This document shows, piece after piece, positions 1 to 9,242 of a stretch of DNA of 64,000 nucleotides. Positions within the stretch are counted from its first letter, which is position 1. Every line of letters begins with the position of its first letter. The DNA is from a virus. The notes under the pieces were generated by a model. The model was not told the DNA's origin and ran no database searches. It worked only from the letters and a program-made list of their open reading frames with translations. Location of the stretch: IMG/VR virus record IMGVR_UViG_3300021962_000055, positions 28,848 to 92,847 of that record; one strand, written 5' to 3'. The translations under genes were made by a program, and so were the position numbers.

Positions 1-794
1 TTTTCTTCGCGGGCCTCTCGTGCTTGCGGAGTAGATGTAATAGCCGAAACACCTAGGTCTTTACCGGAATCTTTAGTAGTTAGAGCTTGCGGCTGAACAA
101 ATGGGCGCTGGGGTTTTCCGGAGCGTGTTTCTCCAGACCAAAACCGCTGTTCTGCAACTAGTTCTCCCACGGTCTTTGCACGTGGAATGGCTGTACTCCT
201 ACGTGAAGATGTGGGGGCAGCAGGTTGTGCTGATCGTGCTGGACTTGGGGTCCTTGCAGCAGCACCACCCTCTTCTAGGCCTTTAGTGGTGGGGCCAAAA
301 GAGCGACGGGTTCCACGTGGTTGAGGTCCAAGCACATCAGAAACTGCTCTGCTTACTAACCCAGTACCAGCTAAATCTTGGTTCTCGATGTCTTCGTAGT
401 CTTCGATGTCACCGAGGTCTTCTGAGGTACCAGCAGCAATGTCCCTCTTAGCACCGGTAACATCAACCGGGGCTAATCCTACATCTTGTAGAAAAGCAGG
501 GTCGATTCCAGAACTAGCGAGGATCTCGTTGTAGGTATCGGGGTCATACTCGGGGTGGTCTGGGTTCCTGAGGTTTTCAAGTGATGAAAAGGAATCAGTA
601 GAAGGGTCGTAATAATCACTTTCAAAAGTGGCCATACGAGCAACCTGCTGTTGCCTAAAATTGCGAACTGCTTCGTCGGCAGCTTTCTGTGCTGCCTTAG
701 TTGGCTGACCTTTGGTCGTGTACCCCTTACTGCGTACAGTATCCTTTACTGCCTTAGCAAGCGGATCAACAGTCTTTCTTTTCCTTGCGGCCAT
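1..794 (-). CDS. hypothetical protein, truncated at window edge (MAARKRKTVDPLAKAVKDTVRSKG...)
   Basis: ATG at 794 preceded by GAGGTG; N-terminus translated by hand; absent from ORF track, consistent with running off the left edge. Confidence 0.65.
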   Translation of the reverse strand, partial: MAARKRKTVDPLAKAVKDTVRSKGYTTKGQPTKAAQKAADEAVRNFRQQQVARMATFESDYYDPSTDSFSSLENLRNPDHPEYDPDTYNEILASSGIDPAFLQDVGLAPVDVTGAKRDIAAGTSEDLGDIEDYEDIENQDLAGTGLVSRAVSDVLGPQPRGTRRSFGPTTKGLEEGGAAARTPSPARSAQPAAPTSSRRSTAIPRAKTVGELVAEQRFWSGETRSGKPQRPFVQPQALTTKDSGKDLGVSAITSTPQAREAREE

Positions 795-862
795 TCATAC
801 ACCTCGCAAAACGGGAATCGCTAACTAAGATATTACCACTTATTGGTGAGCCCTAATGAGGG

Positions 863-1147
863 TCAGCGCACCACGGGCTTGAATGTAATAGCCGATATGA
901 CTTCGCCGTTTTCGCCCTTGATATCATCAAATCCGATTACAAACGACAGGTCGATACCTCGTGGGGCAACAAATCCTCGGGCAATGGCGCAAGCCTTTGC
1001 TGCCTGGTTGACAGCGCTTGCTCCGATGGCCCTCATCCTTGGTGCTTGCCCAGCAACAACAGCTCGGGCAACGATAGAGGCGACACTCTGTGGGTTACTG
1101 GTTCCTGAAACCTTTACGACTTCATCAACCTGTTGATCTTGTGACAT
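863..1147 (-). CDS. spoVS: SpoVS-family (Alba-like fold) nucleic-acid-binding protein
   Basis: KVSGTSNPQSVA...RAIGASAVNQAAKACAIARGFVAPRGIDL closely matches the SpoVS signature; GGAG RBS. Confidence 0.92.
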   Translation of the reverse strand: MSQDQQVDEVVKVSGTSNPQSVASIVARAVVAGQAPRMRAIGASAVNQAAKACAIARGFVAPRGIDLSFVIGFDDIKGENGEVISAITFKPVVR

Positions 1148-1188
1148 AATGTACTCCGTATAAAACAGTCGGTAATGACTGCTCTATA

Positions 1189-1551
1189 CTATGAGTACCC
1201 AGCTTCCTTCAATAGTTCAACCAAGTCACTCAAGCGCATCACAGCGTATGAATCACCCAGGGCTTTTTCGCCTTTACCAGGGCGTTTAACAACGAGTGCA
1301 GGTACTGCCCCACCTAGGTTCTCGGCCTGCTCGACGGTGTCGTTCAACCACTGGCTAAGTGAGAATGACTTCTGATTCTTACATTGTACAGTTACCTGTC
1401 GGTTAACCTGGTTACGGATACCGTTGATATCTCCTGTGTCTCCCCCGCCCTTTAGCACAGTACGGTGGGCAACTGGAAATCCGTTATCGTTCAAATACTG
1501 CCTTACCAGGGTTTCAAACGAGGTTCCTTTTTGCTTAGCCCTATTCGCCAT
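1189..1551 (-). CDS. Holliday-junction resolvase-like PD-(D/E)xK nuclease
   Basis: K-KGTSFE...GD...VQCKN pattern typical of phage Hjc-like resolvases. Confidence 0.75.
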   Translation of the reverse strand: MANRAKQKGTSFETLVRQYLNDNGFPVAHRTVLKGGGDTGDINGIRNQVNRQVTVQCKNQKSFSLSQWLNDTVEQAENLGGAVPALVVKRPGKGEKALGDSYAVMRLSDLVELLKEAGYS

Positions 1552-1816
1552 GGTACGGCCCTATGTACTCTTCCCAGATTATCTGGGGCTTTTCACCACA
1601 CTGTTTACAACTTCCACCTTGCCCGGGTGGTACAGCTGGCCAATCCCTACAGCATCTGGCGATAATAAGACCCTCAAAAGCAAAGTAGCTGTCGACAACA
1701 TTGCGCCAGTGGTCACGGTCGGCTCGCATTTTGTCAAACATCTCCTTTAGGGCGTGGAAATCATCTTCGCATTCTTGAAGTTCGGCTCGTAGACGGGCAA
1801 CTAGATCGTCAGTCAC
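1541..1816 (-). CDS. hypothetical protein (coiled coil plus Cys motif)
   Basis: ORF track 1541..1849; GTG at 1816 preferred because it abuts the upstream gene. Confidence 0.5.
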   Translation of the reverse strand: MTDDLVARLRAELQECEDDFHALKEMFDKMRADRDHWRNVVDSYFAFEGLIIARCCRDWPAVPPGQGGSCKQCGEKPQIIWEEYIGPYHGE

Positions 1817-1976
1817 GATTAAGTTTCTCGGTGATCTTGCGGAGCTCACTCAAGATGTCCTGTAAGGTGTGGTTGATCTTATTGAGTGGTTCAGTGGTAT
1901 ACCGATAGGTATCTTGTTGTCGGCGGTACCGTTCGTTGGCTTCACGTGCTGCTTGGTGTCCATAGGGGTCTGACAT
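1809..1976 (-). CDS. small hypothetical protein (MSDPYGHQ...)
   Basis: ATG directly after the stop of the upstream gene, GGAG upstream; fills the operon gap. Confidence 0.5.
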   Translation of the reverse strand: MSDPYGHQAAREANERYRRQQDTYRYTTEPLNKINHTLQDILSELRKITEKLNRD

Positions 1977-1977
1977 G

Positions 1978-2478
1978 TCATGCTCCAAATCTAGATGTAC
2001 GTTGGTCTTTCCCATGCAAGCCGATCCTGCGGCTTAGCTCTCGTGAGAGTAGTTGGGCTCCTCGTTCGCAACCTTCGAACATGGCTTCCATCAACTTTCG
2101 GTACGCCCTGGCTACTTGGTACTTTTCTTGCTGGGCTACAACGTTAATATCTACGTCGCGTCTGGCTTTGGCGATGGTTACTCGGTCACCCTTGGCGTCT
2201 GCACCCCACTGAGATATGAGTACTCGAGCCTCGACAACCCTACAGTTGTTTGCCTCTTTGTCTTCGTCAATCTCAGCCTTCACAAGCTGGCCTTTAAGAT
2301 ATGACACCCAAGACATGAACTGTGTATACAAATCCATGAGGTCACTGTCGTCCATATCGTCAAGGTGTACTGGCAGCGACGGTGGTTCATCACCTGGTCG
2401 CTGTGGAAGTGAAAACTTTGAGTTAAAACGTTCCATGGCCGGGTGCTCCGGCGGTTCTTGAGAAAGCACTCTCACCAT
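1978..2478 (-). CDS. hypothetical protein, possible UvsY-like recombination mediator
   Basis: All-helical, about 166 aa, in RecA/Cas4 cluster; start coupled to upstream stop. Confidence 0.4.
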   Translation of the reverse strand: MVRVLSQEPPEHPAMERFNSKFSLPQRPGDEPPSLPVHLDDMDDSDLMDLYTQFMSWVSYLKGQLVKAEIDEDKEANNCRVVEARVLISQWGADAKGDRVTIAKARRDVDINVVAQQEKYQVARAYRKLMEAMFEGCERGAQLLSRELSRRIGLHGKDQRTSRFGA

Positions 2479-3344
2479 CACCAACACACCTTTTTGTAGG
2501 GGCAGTACGTGCAGCCTTTGCATTTTGAGTCTGTAGCCCACGACGGACGTTCTGGAGTTGTCCCCTCGTCTAGGTGGGCAATAACAGTCTTGCAGTTTTC
2601 CAACAATGGGGCAACTATCTCTTCGTTGTACTTTACAGAAAACTCTTTAATTTCTTGCGTCGGTTTCCACTCATAGATGAACACCATCTCATGCACCCCA
2701 GTGCAGTACATATACAAGTTACCTTGTCGAAGATGTGAGGCAAATGGTGTCTTAATGTTTTTCCATACCTCGTCAATGGTGATTTGACCCTTTTGGTAAT
2801 CGGCGTGCAGTGAGGGCTTCTCAAAACGAACAGTGCCGATACCAACACTCTTAATTTCGATTAACGCTTGCCCCTGGGAGTCTTTAATTTCCCCATCAGC
2901 ATGCCCGAGGATCCTGTGGTCATCATCTTGAATAGGTACCTCGTTATACCTAATGCTAGTAGAACCGCAGCTGACACAGGAATTAGGAGAAGTTGCAACC
3001 CATACCACAGAGCACCTTTTACAGGACCACGCACCATGTAACACCCCAGCTTTCCAAAGCCATGTTTGCCATTTTTCGTGAATGGCATGGCCTTCCTCAA
3101 ATACATTTAACCTACTAAATGACATGGAGTCCGGGGCAGCGGAGACACCAGTAATCTTGTACACCGCCGCACGTGCACACCAATCCTTTTTAGACAGCTC
3201 ACTGGGGTGCAGGTGGTCTGTATCCCTGTGCATGTTGCGCTCTTTTTGCATACGCATAATCTGCGCTTCAGCCAATGGGATAACCCGCCCCTTGGACTTC
3301 ATTGCCTTTTTGTAATCCTTGAGATACCAAGGTTGTTCAGTCAT
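2478..3344 (-). CDS. Cas4-like PD-(D/E)xK exonuclease
   Basis: PSEL..WC, GHADG, EIKS, QxxxY and C-terminal CxxCPYxxxC Fe-S motif. Confidence 0.85.
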   Translation of the reverse strand: MTEQPWYLKDYKKAMKSKGRVIPLAEAQIMRMQKERNMHRDTDHLHPSELSKKDWCARAAVYKITGVSAAPDSMSFSRLNVFEEGHAIHEKWQTWLWKAGVLHGAWSCKRCSVVWVATSPNSCVSCGSTSIRYNEVPIQDDDHRILGHADGEIKDSQGQALIEIKSVGIGTVRFEKPSLHADYQKGQITIDEVWKNIKTPFASHLRQGNLYMYCTGVHEMVFIYEWKPTQEIKEFSVKYNEEIVAPLLENCKTVIAHLDEGTTPERPSWATDSKCKGCTYCPYKKVCW

Positions 3345-3682
3345 TGCGCACCGATGATTTCTTGAAAGTCATCTTCATTAAGGATTACGTAATGCCTACC
3401 ACCAAGGTCAAACTGTAGTACCGCCAATCGATCCTCCAAGATCGCCCTTTGAGTCAGCTCTTGCAGTTCCTTAGCCTTGATTGAATAAGACTTTTCATTA
3501 TTCGTTAGTTTGTTTTCGATTAGTAGTTCATGGGTACGCACATCGTTTTTACGCAACCACCCTGATCCAGAACCAGCATTTCTGCTTCCCCTGTAGATCT
3601 TTGCAGATCTGTTCTCTTGCCTCTTTGAGGCTTTCATTATTTCTCGTTGCTGGTCTGCCCGGTCTTCGCGCCCAAAAATCAC
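3341..3682 (-). CDS. small PD-(D/E)xK endonuclease (resolvase-like)
   Basis: E...GSG...DV...IENK motif. Confidence 0.6.
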   Translation of the reverse strand: MIFGREDRADQQREIMKASKRQENRSAKIYRGSRNAGSGSGWLRKNDVRTHELLIENKLTNNEKSYSIKAKELQELTQRAILEDRLAVLQFDLGGRHYVILNEDDFQEIIGAQ

Positions 3683-4695
3683 AGGAACTTCTCCAGTGCC
3701 TTTTGCTTTAGGTCTGCTTGAAGGTCGAGGTCTTCACGAACACCGGTAAGTAATGCATCTTTACCTTGCCACTTTTGACCACCGTAGTTGTAGTACGCAC
3801 CAGTACGAGTAATGATCTCCGTAGCGATACAGATATTTACAACGTCTTTGATAACGTCAAACTCACCTAAACCAAACCCGTGGGAAGCGGCAAAGTAGAA
3901 ATCTACTTGCGCTACCTGTTGTGGACGGTATGTCTTGTTCTTCATGGTGCGGCCACGGATCGTCTGACCTACAGGCTCGTCCTTATCCTTGATCCACTCA
4001 TCACGCTTAACTTCGACGCGGACAAAGTAATGAAAGTTCTTTGCCTTACCACCTGGTGTGGTGCGGGGGTCACCATACATAACACCAATCTTTTCCCGCC
4101 ACTGGTTGATGATCAAGCCAGTGCACCCACGGTCTTCATTGATGAGTGAACGTTTTTGTGCTTTGCTGCTCTTGCGAAAGAACTTGCCGGTAAGACGGGC
4201 ACCGAGTCCTACGGAGAACTCTTCCATCATCTTTTCTGCCTCGTCACCTGGGACAAGGGCAGGAAGGGAATCGAGGACAATGCAGTCAACGGCGCGGTTT
4301 TCCATAGCCCTGATGATCAGGTCGTAGGCATGCTCCATGACGTTGGTCTCTACCACCCAAAGACGTTCAAGGTCAACACCAATAGCCTTGGCGTAGTCAG
4401 GAACAAATTCTTCAGCAGCTACCCACATGGCAATCCAATCTGGGTCTGCGGCCTGGTTGGCAGCGATGGTCTTGTAGGCCAGGGCTGTCTTGCCGGATGA
4501 TTCGTCACCAATGATCTCTGACCACTGGTTCATTGGCCAGCCGCCTCCGAGCATCAAGTCAAAGGCAAGAATACCCGTGGTAATCCTAGGAACTTCTTCC
4601 TTTACTCGGTTACCTTGTACGATGATGTCCTCACCGTACTTCTTGTTGATGGACGCAACAATGGACTCAAGAGTCTCACGCTGTTCGCTTTTCAA
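3679..4695 (-). CDS. recA: RecA-family recombinase
   Basis: Walker A GDESSGKT, IVLDS, INQWREKIGVMYGDPRTTPGGKA; TTG start with AGGAG RBS. Confidence 0.96.
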   Translation of the reverse strand: MKSEQRETLESIVASINKKYGEDIIVQGNRVKEEVPRITTGILAFDLMLGGGWPMNQWSEIIGDESSGKTALAYKTIAANQAADPDWIAMWVAAEEFVPDYAKAIGVDLERLWVVETNVMEHAYDLIIRAMENRAVDCIVLDSLPALVPGDEAEKMMEEFSVGLGARLTGKFFRKSSKAQKRSLINEDRGCTGLIINQWREKIGVMYGDPRTTPGGKAKNFHYFVRVEVKRDEWIKDKDEPVGQTIRGRTMKNKTYRPQQVAQVDFYFAASHGFGLGEFDVIKDVVNICIATEIITRTGAYYNYGGQKWQGKDALLTGVREDLDLQADLKQKALEKFL

Positions 4696-4708
4696 ATTGT
4701 GCTCCTAG

Positions 4709-5116
4709 TTAGACAGCCCAAGAGGACTGTGACCCTTGATCATACAGGCCATTCCACCCACATTCAAAGCATCGTGGGGCTGGTGAGTTTCCACCCACCA
4801 TGGTGTTTCCACCTTTTGCAGTTCGCACGAATACATGTTGACTACCGCATTCCGGGCAGGTCATGTCGCCCTGTTTACGTGCAGCCTCTCCACCCTTCCA
4901 TAGTCGAATTGCTTCTCCCATGGTTACGTTTTCTGTGGGAGCCCTTGACTCATCAAGAACTCGTTGGTTACCAGCATTAGGTTGATGTTGAACCGGAGCC
5001 ATGGGAACCTGGATACCAACCCTCATTGGAGGGCTAGTCGGAGGAACTGACGTTTCAGTTCTAGGTAGCTGGCGTGGTGTGGAACCGGAAAGTCGCTGGG
5101 ACCACCAATCACTCAT
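4709..5116 (-). CDS. hypothetical zinc-ribbon protein
   Basis: CPECGS...CFECG; start taken at MSDWW. Confidence 0.6.
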   Translation of the reverse strand: MSDWWSQRLSGSTPRQLPRTETSVPPTSPPMRVGIQVPMAPVQHQPNAGNQRVLDESRAPTENVTMGEAIRLWKGGEAARKQGDMTCPECGSQHVFVRTAKGGNTMVGGNSPAPRCFECGWNGLYDQGSQSSWAV

Positions 5117-5555
5117 CCTCTTCATCCTCTTCGTCGTCGTACTCTTCGTCTTCGTCTATGATAAACGTAAACAAATTAAATATTGCCGAGGCATTTACAC
5201 TACCAACCCTATCGGCAACAGGGATGTCAGGCAATATCAATTGCTCGTTATCTACTAGATGAGAAACTAGGGCCATGCCAAAAGACTGGATAACGTTCTT
5301 TGTGTTCTCTAGATCCTCTTCATCAAGGTCATTATGTACCTTGACAACTTCCATCATCCATTCGGTGCAGTTTTGTACGGTCTCAAAAATGCCTAGGCCT
5401 GTAAGAACAACCCACTTGCTGATGATGTCCATGATCTCGCTCTCCTGTACTTCAGGAGAAGGTACGGAGAACCCAGCCGAAGACGCAATCTTCTGCCCTT
5501 CCATTATGGACAGGGACAGATAAAAGTTTCTTTTATCGACTGGTGTTGTAGACAT
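5109..5555 (-). CDS. hypothetical protein with acidic tail
   Basis: Translationally coupled to polA stop. Confidence 0.65.
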   Translation of the reverse strand: MSTTPVDKRNFYLSLSIMEGQKIASSAGFSVPSPEVQESEIMDIISKWVVLTGLGIFETVQNCTEWMMEVVKVHNDLDEEDLENTKNVIQSFGMALVSHLVDNEQLILPDIPVADRVGSVNASAIFNLFTFIIDEDEEYDDEEDEEDE

Positions 5556-7645
5556 TACTTACCTTTGGCCTCTGCCCAGCTAATAGCGGAATGGCAGGAA
5601 ACCTTTAACGGAATCCCGTTGTATGTTACACCATCTCCCATGGAGGACACCAGCTTGTCAAGTAACCTGTCTACCTGGTCTTTTTCTACCAGTACAACTA
5701 GTTCGTCGTGTACCTGTACCAGGATGTTGGCACCCAGTGGGGTTAGGTCGTTATACACATCGACCATGGCTTTCTTACAAATGTCGGCAGCTGACCCCTG
5801 TACAACTGCGTTAACTGCCTGACGCTCTGCCCTAGACCTTAAGGCGGGGTCAGTGGAAACTAGATCGGATAAATGCCTGCGGCGACCAGACAGGGTCTGC
5901 ACATAACCTTTGGCTCTTCCCTCTGCGATCACAGACTGCTTCCACTTGGTGATCCCAGAAAACTGCTTGTAGTACTGGTCGATGACATGGCGGGCATGCT
6001 CTTCATCGATACCCGTGGTGCGAGCAAGTTTCTGCGGGCCACCGCCATAGGCCGTCAAGAAGTTGACGCCCTTACCAAGCTGTCGCTCTTCTGAGGTTAC
6101 TTCGGTAACCGGCTTACCAAGCACCAAGGCGGCAGCACCAGAGTGAATGTCGGCCCCGGTCAGGAAGAACTCACTCATCTTCTTGTCTCCGGAGAACATG
6201 CACATTACACGGAGCTCGATCTGGTCATAGTCGGCAACCAGCAGCTCATACCCCTCAGGGGCAACGAATAGTCCTCTAACGCTACTGTCACGTGGGATGT
6301 TCTGCAGGTTGGGGTTGCTGGACGACAGGCGTCCAGTGGCGGTCCTGTGCAGGTGAAACGACGGGTGCAGTCGGCTCTTGTTTAGCTTCGGGAGCAACCC
6401 ATCAACGTAAGTTGATACCAGCTTTTTGGTTTCAGCCCACTCCAAAAGCATCGGGACAACTGGGTGCTTAGTCTCTAACTTACGAAGTGACTCTTCGTCA
6501 ACTGATGCGCTTCCACCAGGGGTGGTCTTTACTGGCTTAAGCCCTAGCCCACCCTCTCGCTTTTTGTTGAACAGCAGCTGTTGTTTATGCTTTGAACTGT
6601 CAGGGTTAAACCCCGGTGGGGCGTAATCCATCATTGAAACCAGAAGGTCGTTCAGGCGGTTCTCCAACTGTTTGCCAAGCACAGTCATAGACCTCTGGTT
6701 GACTGGAATACCGTTGTCCTCCATCTCCATGAGGACGCGAAGAACTTCCATGTCTTGACGAAGGGAATTGAGAAGTTCTGGTACAGCTACAACCTTGCGG
6801 TACAGCGACTTGTACAAATTCCACGTCCAGCGAACATCTAGGTGTACGTACCGTAGAGCCTGTGTAAATGACGTCTCACTAATGATCGCTCCAAGCTTTC
6901 CATCTTTGTGGTACGCCTTAAACGATTCAAAGTTGTGGGAGATCAGGTGATCCAAACTGTACTCAGACAGGTTCTCATTAAGCACATGCTGTAGGAGCAT
7001 GGTATCCAAGTAGGGGCCCGGGGGAAGGCTTCCACCAAAGTATTTACGTATGGACCTGGCATCAAACTTTACGTTGTGCCCAATCTTAACAATGTCGCTA
7101 AAGAAGATTGGGCGTAGGGCCTCAAATACTTGTGATGGTGAGAGCTGTGGGGGAGGGGGGCTGTATACGGCTGGTTTGTAATACTTGGCTTTGGCCATGG
7201 ACTCTTTACCACTCTTCAAAAGAGCTCGGTATCCAGGTGGTGGAACAGTTGACCCATCACCACGTTCGGCAGGTTCAATGATGCTTCCATTGGGGTGACC
7301 CATTGGAATAGCCCACGAATGTCCCTGGGTAGCAATCCCAATCCAAAATACGTTGTTACGGATTGGGTCTAGCGCCAGGGTGTTGCGCCACCTGTTGGTA
7401 ATGATGTCTTTGGCGCGATTGACAATATCAACATTTGTGGTCTTAAGAGTGGCGACGTGGTCTTTCCACTCCTTTTCAATCCACTGCTGTACATCTGGGT
7501 GCCGCTCTACAGCACCCATCGTCTCAACGTCGAAAGCGAATGCTCCGACGTTTTTTACAACCTCAACGATCTCGTTAAGTTGCTCCACTGTAGTAACGAA
7601 GTGGGGGGCATTGCTGCCCCCCACTCGTGCCGTGATATTGCTCAC
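5555..7645 (-). CDS. polA: family A DNA polymerase with 3'-5' exonuclease domain, no 5'-3' exonuclease
   Basis: DVET, GHNVKFD, TGRLSSSNPNLQNIP, DYDQIELR, KGVNFLTAYG, VHDE. Confidence 0.97.
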   Translation of the reverse strand: MSNITARVGGSNAPHFVTTVEQLNEIVEVVKNVGAFAFDVETMGAVERHPDVQQWIEKEWKDHVATLKTTNVDIVNRAKDIITNRWRNTLALDPIRNNVFWIGIATQGHSWAIPMGHPNGSIIEPAERGDGSTVPPPGYRALLKSGKESMAKAKYYKPAVYSPPPPQLSPSQVFEALRPIFFSDIVKIGHNVKFDARSIRKYFGGSLPPGPYLDTMLLQHVLNENLSEYSLDHLISHNFESFKAYHKDGKLGAIISETSFTQALRYVHLDVRWTWNLYKSLYRKVVAVPELLNSLRQDMEVLRVLMEMEDNGIPVNQRSMTVLGKQLENRLNDLLVSMMDYAPPGFNPDSSKHKQQLLFNKKREGGLGLKPVKTTPGGSASVDEESLRKLETKHPVVPMLLEWAETKKLVSTYVDGLLPKLNKSRLHPSFHLHRTATGRLSSSNPNLQNIPRDSSVRGLFVAPEGYELLVADYDQIELRVMCMFSGDKKMSEFFLTGADIHSGAAALVLGKPVTEVTSEERQLGKGVNFLTAYGGGPQKLARTTGIDEEHARHVIDQYYKQFSGITKWKQSVIAEGRAKGYVQTLSGRRRHLSDLVSTDPALRSRAERQAVNAVVQGSAADICKKAMVDVYNDLTPLGANILVQVHDELVVLVEKDQVDRLLDKLVSSMGDGVTYNGIPLKVSCHSAISWAEAKGK

Positions 7646-7650
7646 GGATA

Positions 7651-8364
7651 TCAGTCGTCCAGATCTTCAAGAGCAATCTGCTGGAGATCCTTACGTGCAG
7701 GGATCTGAATGATATCCGGAGTGTAAGCCTTGCCCTTGAAAGAGCGGATGTCTTCCGGGGTAAGCGGCTCAATGTTCCACTCTTCCAGGTCCCGCTCCTT
7801 GACCAACTGATGGTTGGTGGCAGAAGTGGCACCCTTGCCGGAACGGCTTACCGCCCAGAAGTGCTTGGAGAGAGGTCCCTGACGGGGGTCATTGTGGAAG
7901 TTCTTGAGCTGGTCGATGACCCGAGGTCCCACTTCGTAGGACTTGATGGACGGCTCGCTGTCGGAACTCAGAAGCACCACATTGAATGCAAACCGAGTTG
8001 ACGGACGGCTACCGGCATCACAAAGCGGACAACCCTTTGGGTCGATGTCCGCAATGCAGGTAAACGACTTCTGACCCGAACGCTCAACCCAGTGTTGGCG
8101 GTATGAAGCGTAGGGCTCATCCTCCAAGAACTTGATGATGATGGGGTCTTCCATCACGCGAAGACGCTGAGCGTACGGTGAGTCGGCATTCTTGACCGAG
8201 TCCGCTGCACCCCAACCACGACGGATTACCCGTGATGCGGCAGCGGGGCGCTCTTCAGCTTCTTCCTTTTCTTCGTCTTCCACGACGAGCTTCAATCCCT
8301 TGGTTGAACGCACCGGGGCGTCTTCCATGATTTCCTGCTCGTCATCATCTTCATATCTGCTCAT
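7651..8364 (-). CDS. single-stranded DNA-binding protein, gp32-like
   Basis: IKFL...HW...C...CPLC Zn motif, OB-fold pattern, adjacent to polA. Confidence 0.7.
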   Translation of the reverse strand: MSRYEDDDEQEIMEDAPVRSTKGLKLVVEDEEKEEAEERPAAASRVIRRGWGAADSVKNADSPYAQRLRVMEDPIIIKFLEDEPYASYRQHWVERSGQKSFTCIADIDPKGCPLCDAGSRPSTRFAFNVVLLSSDSEPSIKSYEVGPRVIDQLKNFHNDPRQGPLSKHFWAVSRSGKGATSATNHQLVKERDLEEWNIEPLTPEDIRSFKGKAYTPDIIQIPARKDLQQIALEDLDD

Positions 8365-8374
8365 TGTTTGTTCC

Positions 8375-8809
8375 TTAATCGTTGGGCCATTGGTTTTTGA
8401 TGTGCTGTCTGAATCCGTCCCAGTTGGCCTTGGCTGGGTCGTCTATCTCAAACCGCGACAGCGCGGTAAGTAGGAACTCTACTTGCTCTAGCGAGTAAAG
8501 CCTACGTCCTTTCAAAGCTTTTCCAGGAATTTGTTCCGCCTTGGGGGCAGGTGTCCTGTACTTTGCCTTGGGGAGCCACCCTTTGGACTCCCACATCCTG
8601 ATTGTAACCGGTTTTCTATTGAGGGCTTTGGCTAACTCGCCTACGGTAAAGAACTGCCGTTCAACCCCGTTGACCCTCATTATTTTGGACTTAGCTCCGT
8701 TCAGCCGGTCCTCGGCTAGTGGATCCTTGGTTGTCACCTTCCTGTTTTTGGGAGGCGTCCTTCCCGGAAAATCAGGAAGGCTGTTGAACATGTCCAGCGG
8801 ATCTCGCAT
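8375..8809 (-). CDS. MerR-type HTH DNA-binding protein
   Basis: FTVGELAKALNRKPVTIRMWESKGWLP...RRLYS. Confidence 0.8.
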   Translation of the reverse strand: MRDPLDMFNSLPDFPGRTPPKNRKVTTKDPLAEDRLNGAKSKIMRVNGVERQFFTVGELAKALNRKPVTIRMWESKGWLPKAKYRTPAPKAEQIPGKALKGRRLYSLEQVEFLLTALSRFEIDDPAKANWDGFRQHIKNQWPND

Positions 8810-8821
8810 CGGTGCTCCTGA

Positions 8822-9241
8822 TCACTCGTCGTCGTAGCTTTTTTGGTCTACTACTTTGAAAGCCCACGATTCCTTTTCGACGTAAAAACTGGCCAGAGTG
8901 TCTTGGTGCTCTTGATGGTCCCAGCAGTACGTCAATACGGCGTTCTCGGTGATGGTCACGATGGTCTCTTGAACTTCTTCAAGGATACCCAGTTGCTCGG
9001 CCCACTCCTCTGCCGCACCCAAGTCAAATGACCTGCTGACCCTACGTTCATGTTTGACCTGGGTGTTGACCCCAGGTAGCCACTTATGCCCACGGTCGTC
9101 TGGAACACCATGCTCAGAGACCATGGCGAGCAGTTCTTTTTTGAGGCTGTCGGTGCGGGCCGTGGCCTTATCCGAGAACTCCTTGGCTGCTCGGTACTCC
9201 TGAACGAGGCGCTCAACCATACCCTTTTCAATCTTTGACAT
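8822..9241 (-). CDS. hypothetical protein (Gam/Gp157-like coiled coil possible)
   Basis: N-terminal coiled coil followed by small alpha/beta region; in replication operon. Confidence 0.5.
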   Translation of the reverse strand: MSKIEKGMVERLVQEYRAAKEFSDKATARTDSLKKELLAMVSEHGVPDDRGHKWLPGVNTQVKHERRVSRSFDLGAAEEWAEQLGILEEVQETIVTITENAVLTYCWDHQEHQDTLASFYVEKESWAFKVVDQKSYDDE

Positions 9242-9242
9242 C

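Noticed and set aside
2478-3344. CRISPR-Cas locus suggested by the Cas4-like gene
   Set aside because: No cas1/cas2 or repeat-spacer array; solo Cas4-like nucleases are common in phage recombination modules
5555-7645. DpoZ-like or modified-base polymerase
   Set aside because: No purZ, datZ or other base-modification genes in the window; motif B retains Phe at the 762-equivalent position
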